This document shows positions 27,425-29,121 of a stretch of DNA of 29,121 nucleotides, in pieces; the first letter of the stretch is position 1, and every line of letters begins with the position of its first letter. The position numbers and the translations under genes were made by a program. The DNA comes from Sulfurihydrogenibium sp. (lineage in GTDB: Bacteria; Aquificota; Aquificia; Aquificales; Hydrogenothermaceae). The notes beneath the pieces are model-generated. The model was given only the letters and a program-made list of their open reading frames with translations, made no database searches and was not told the origin of the DNA. The DNA lies in assembly GCA_037442825.1 (NCBI GenBank), contig JBBIPN010000010.1:1-29121 (forward strand). Direction: 5' to 3'.

Positions 27425-27470
27425 AAAATAAAATGATGTTAATTTCAACTTAAAATTTAACATCTATAGG

Positions 27471-27479
27471 TGGTATAAT
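27471..27479 (+). promoter_or_regulatory. Extended -10 promoter for dksA-pncA-polA
   Basis: TGGTATAAT about 44 nt upstream of the dksA ATG; AAGGAG RBS follows. Confidence 0.55.
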
Positions 27480-27522
27480 AAAAAAATTAATTGATATAAA
27501 TTGTATTAAAAGGAGTCTAAAT

Positions 27523-27876
27523 ATGAAACATTTAACTCCAGAGCAAATAGAAGAACTTAAAAATATCTTAACAGAGTGGAAAAATCAGATTATAGAAGAT
27601 ACAAAGCAAAACACAGGAGAAGCTTTATCTTTTGAAGGCTCTGATGAAATGGAAAGGGCTGAAGCAGAAACTTCAAGAATTTTAACATTAAGAAACCTTG
27701 ATAGAGAAAGAAAACTATTAAAAAAAATAGAATATACATTACAGAAGTTTGATATTGGTATATATGGGATATGTGAATCTTGTGGTGCCGAAATACCTTA
27801 TGAAAGACTAAAAGCTAGACCAGTTGCATCTTTATGTATAAATTGTAAAATAAAACAAGAGGAGGAAGAAGAATGA
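27523..27876 (+). CDS. dksA: DksA/TraR C4 zinc-finger RNA polymerase-binding factor
   Basis: Coiled coil with DEMERA tip, RERKLLKKI, YGICESCG.EI..ERLKARP.A.LCINCK. Confidence 0.88.
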   Translation: MKHLTPEQIEELKNILTEWKNQIIEDTKQNTGEALSFEGSDEMERAEAETSRILTLRNLDRERKLLKKIEYTLQKFDIGIYGICESCGAEIPYERLKARPVASLCINCKIKQEEEEE

Positions 27877-28457
27877 TGTTAAAAATAACTCCTCAAGATG
27901 CACTGATAGTAGTAGATATGCAAAATGATTTTATGCCATATGGAGTTCTTCCTGTAAAAGATGCAGATAAAATAGTCCCTATAATTAATGAATATATTGA
28001 TATCTTTTCAGAAAAAAATCTTCCAGTATTCTTTACAAGAGATTGGCATCCGGAAAATCATATATCATTTAAAGGTTATGGTGGTATTTGGCCTTTCCAT
28101 TGTATTCAAAATACTGAAGGAGCAAAATTCCATCCAGATTTAAAAATACCCTTAGATAATAAATTTATAATATCAAAAGGATTTTTACCTGATTTTGATG
28201 CATACTCTGGATTTCAAAACACAGTTTTAGATTCACTGTTAAAAGAAAGGGGCATTAGAAGAATATTTATTTGTGGTGTCGCTACAGATTTTTGTGTTAA
28301 AAATACAGCTATAGGTGGTTTTAACCTAGGTTATAATGTATTTTTATTTAAAGATGCTATAAAACCTGTTTTCGAAGATAAAGAAAAAGATGTTTTAGAT
28401 AATTTAATGGAAAATGGTATCGTTTTAATAGATAGAGATGATTTATATAACAGATGA
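27873..28457 (+). CDS. pncA: Nicotinamidase/pyrazinamidase
   Basis: VVDMQNDF, TRDWHP..H.SF, WPFHC, KG....DAYSGF, GVATDFCV. Confidence 0.94.
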   Translation: MMLKITPQDALIVVDMQNDFMPYGVLPVKDADKIVPIINEYIDIFSEKNLPVFFTRDWHPENHISFKGYGGIWPFHCIQNTEGAKFHPDLKIPLDNKFIISKGFLPDFDAYSGFQNTVLDSLLKERGIRRIFICGVATDFCVKNTAIGGFNLGYNVFLFKDAIKPVFEDKEKDVLDNLMENGIVLIDRDDLYNR

Positions 28458-29121
28458 TAAAGATTTAGAAAAGTTAAAATCTTTAGAAAAAGATAAATAT
28501 CTTTATTTAGATACAGAAGTTGTAATAAGAGATTTTGAAAATATAGATTTTTTTAATGATAGAATTAGACTTATTCAAATTGGTAATGAAGAAGATATTT
28601 ATATATTAGACCTTTTTAAACTAAATAAAGAAAATGTTATAACTTATCTAAAACCATTGATAGAAGAAAAAGGAATAGTAGGACATAACTTAAAGTTTGA
28701 TATTAAATTTTTAAAAACAAATCTTAATATTTTCCCAAAAATTGTTTTTGATACTATGATAGCTTCTCAGATTTTGTCAAAAGGTGACAATGGACAAAGA
28801 CATTCTTTAGCATTAGTATTAAAACGTTATACAGATGAAGAAGTTGATAAATCTTATCAAAAATCTGTCTGGAATATAGAAAATCTATCAAAAGAACAAC
28901 TTGATTACGCAGCAAAAGATGTACAAGTTTTAAGAAAATTGTTTAATGAAGAGAAAAATCTATTAAATAGTGAGAGTTTGTTAAAAAAGGCAATAGGTGA
29001 TAGTTATAAAGTATTTGGTGTCTATAATCCTGTTTCTGCATTAGAGATGAGTTTTCTTTTATCTTTAGTAGATATAGAGTTAACTGGTATACCTATTGAT
29101 ATTGATGAAGTTCAAAGACTA
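28438..29121 (+). CDS. polA: DNA polymerase I, Aquificota Klenow-like type (3'-5' exonuclease domain visible; runs off the window)
   Basis: Not in ORF track; hand translation MIYITDDKDLEKLKSL..YLDTE (ExoI)..IRLIQIG..GHNLKFD (ExoII)..FDTMIASQ..QLDYAAKDV (ExoIII)..LEM..LVDIELTGIPID (start of the Pol A thumb region). Confidence 0.88.
   Translation, partial: MIYITDDKDLEKLKSLEKDKYLYLDTEVVIRDFENIDFFNDRIRLIQIGNEEDIYILDLFKLNKENVITYLKPLIEEKGIVGHNLKFDIKFLKTNLNIFPKIVFDTMIASQILSKGDNGQRHSLALVLKRYTDEEVDKSYQKSVWNIENLSKEQLDYAAKDVQVLRKLFNEEKNLLNSESLLKKAIGDSYKVFGVYNPVSALEMSFLLSLVDIELTGIPIDIDEVQRL

Noticed and set aside
5177..28457. NAD-centred system (NUDIX, pncB, pncA, ligA) or NAD-reconstitution anti-defence cluster
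   Set aside because: The genes are scattered in different operons of core chromosome; ordinary salvage enzymes explain them. The deacetylase is Zn-dependent, not a sirtuin.
1..29121. CRISPR array, IS element, prophage, riboswitch or long repeat array
   Set aside because: No regularly spaced repeats, transposase or phage genes were seen, and all true intergenic gaps are about 130 bp or shorter and AT-rich; a covariance-model scan would be needed to exclude small RNAs fully.

Overview
AT-rich bacterial core-chromosome segment. The Aquifex-type LigA N-terminal extension, the DHH-fused tRNA nucleotidyltransferase and the Klenow-only PolA point to Aquificota, probably Hydrogenothermaceae (inference). 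It contains tightly packed mixed-function operons: dnaJ-hspR-prmA-deoC-ligA (minus); NUDIX, a damaged psiE-like gene, hypotheticals, PGM/PMM, thioesterase and pmbA; tRNA-Leu(GAG) antisense to its neighbours; an A-adding-type tRNA nucleotidyltransferase; an OmpR-family two-component pair; upp; HDAC-murE-murC-pncB-metal SBP-PrpE-like phosphoesterase; a PAS-PAS-GGDEF-EAL cassette; lipB; SCO; dksA-pncA-polA. I saw no CRISPR array, mobile element, prophage or defence island, and I cannot support a clearly novel multi-gene system. The best leads are: (i) a sensor kinase whose first TM helix lies upstream of any in-frame ATG/GTG/TTG (AUA start or -1 frameshift/indel); (ii) an extremely acidic 136-aa orphan (possible nucleic-acid mimic); (iii) a CCA-less tRNA whose promoter overlaps the start codon of the A-adding enzyme gene; (iv) a HAIR-like operator on the dnaJ-hspR promoter; (v) two small proteins missing from the ORF track.
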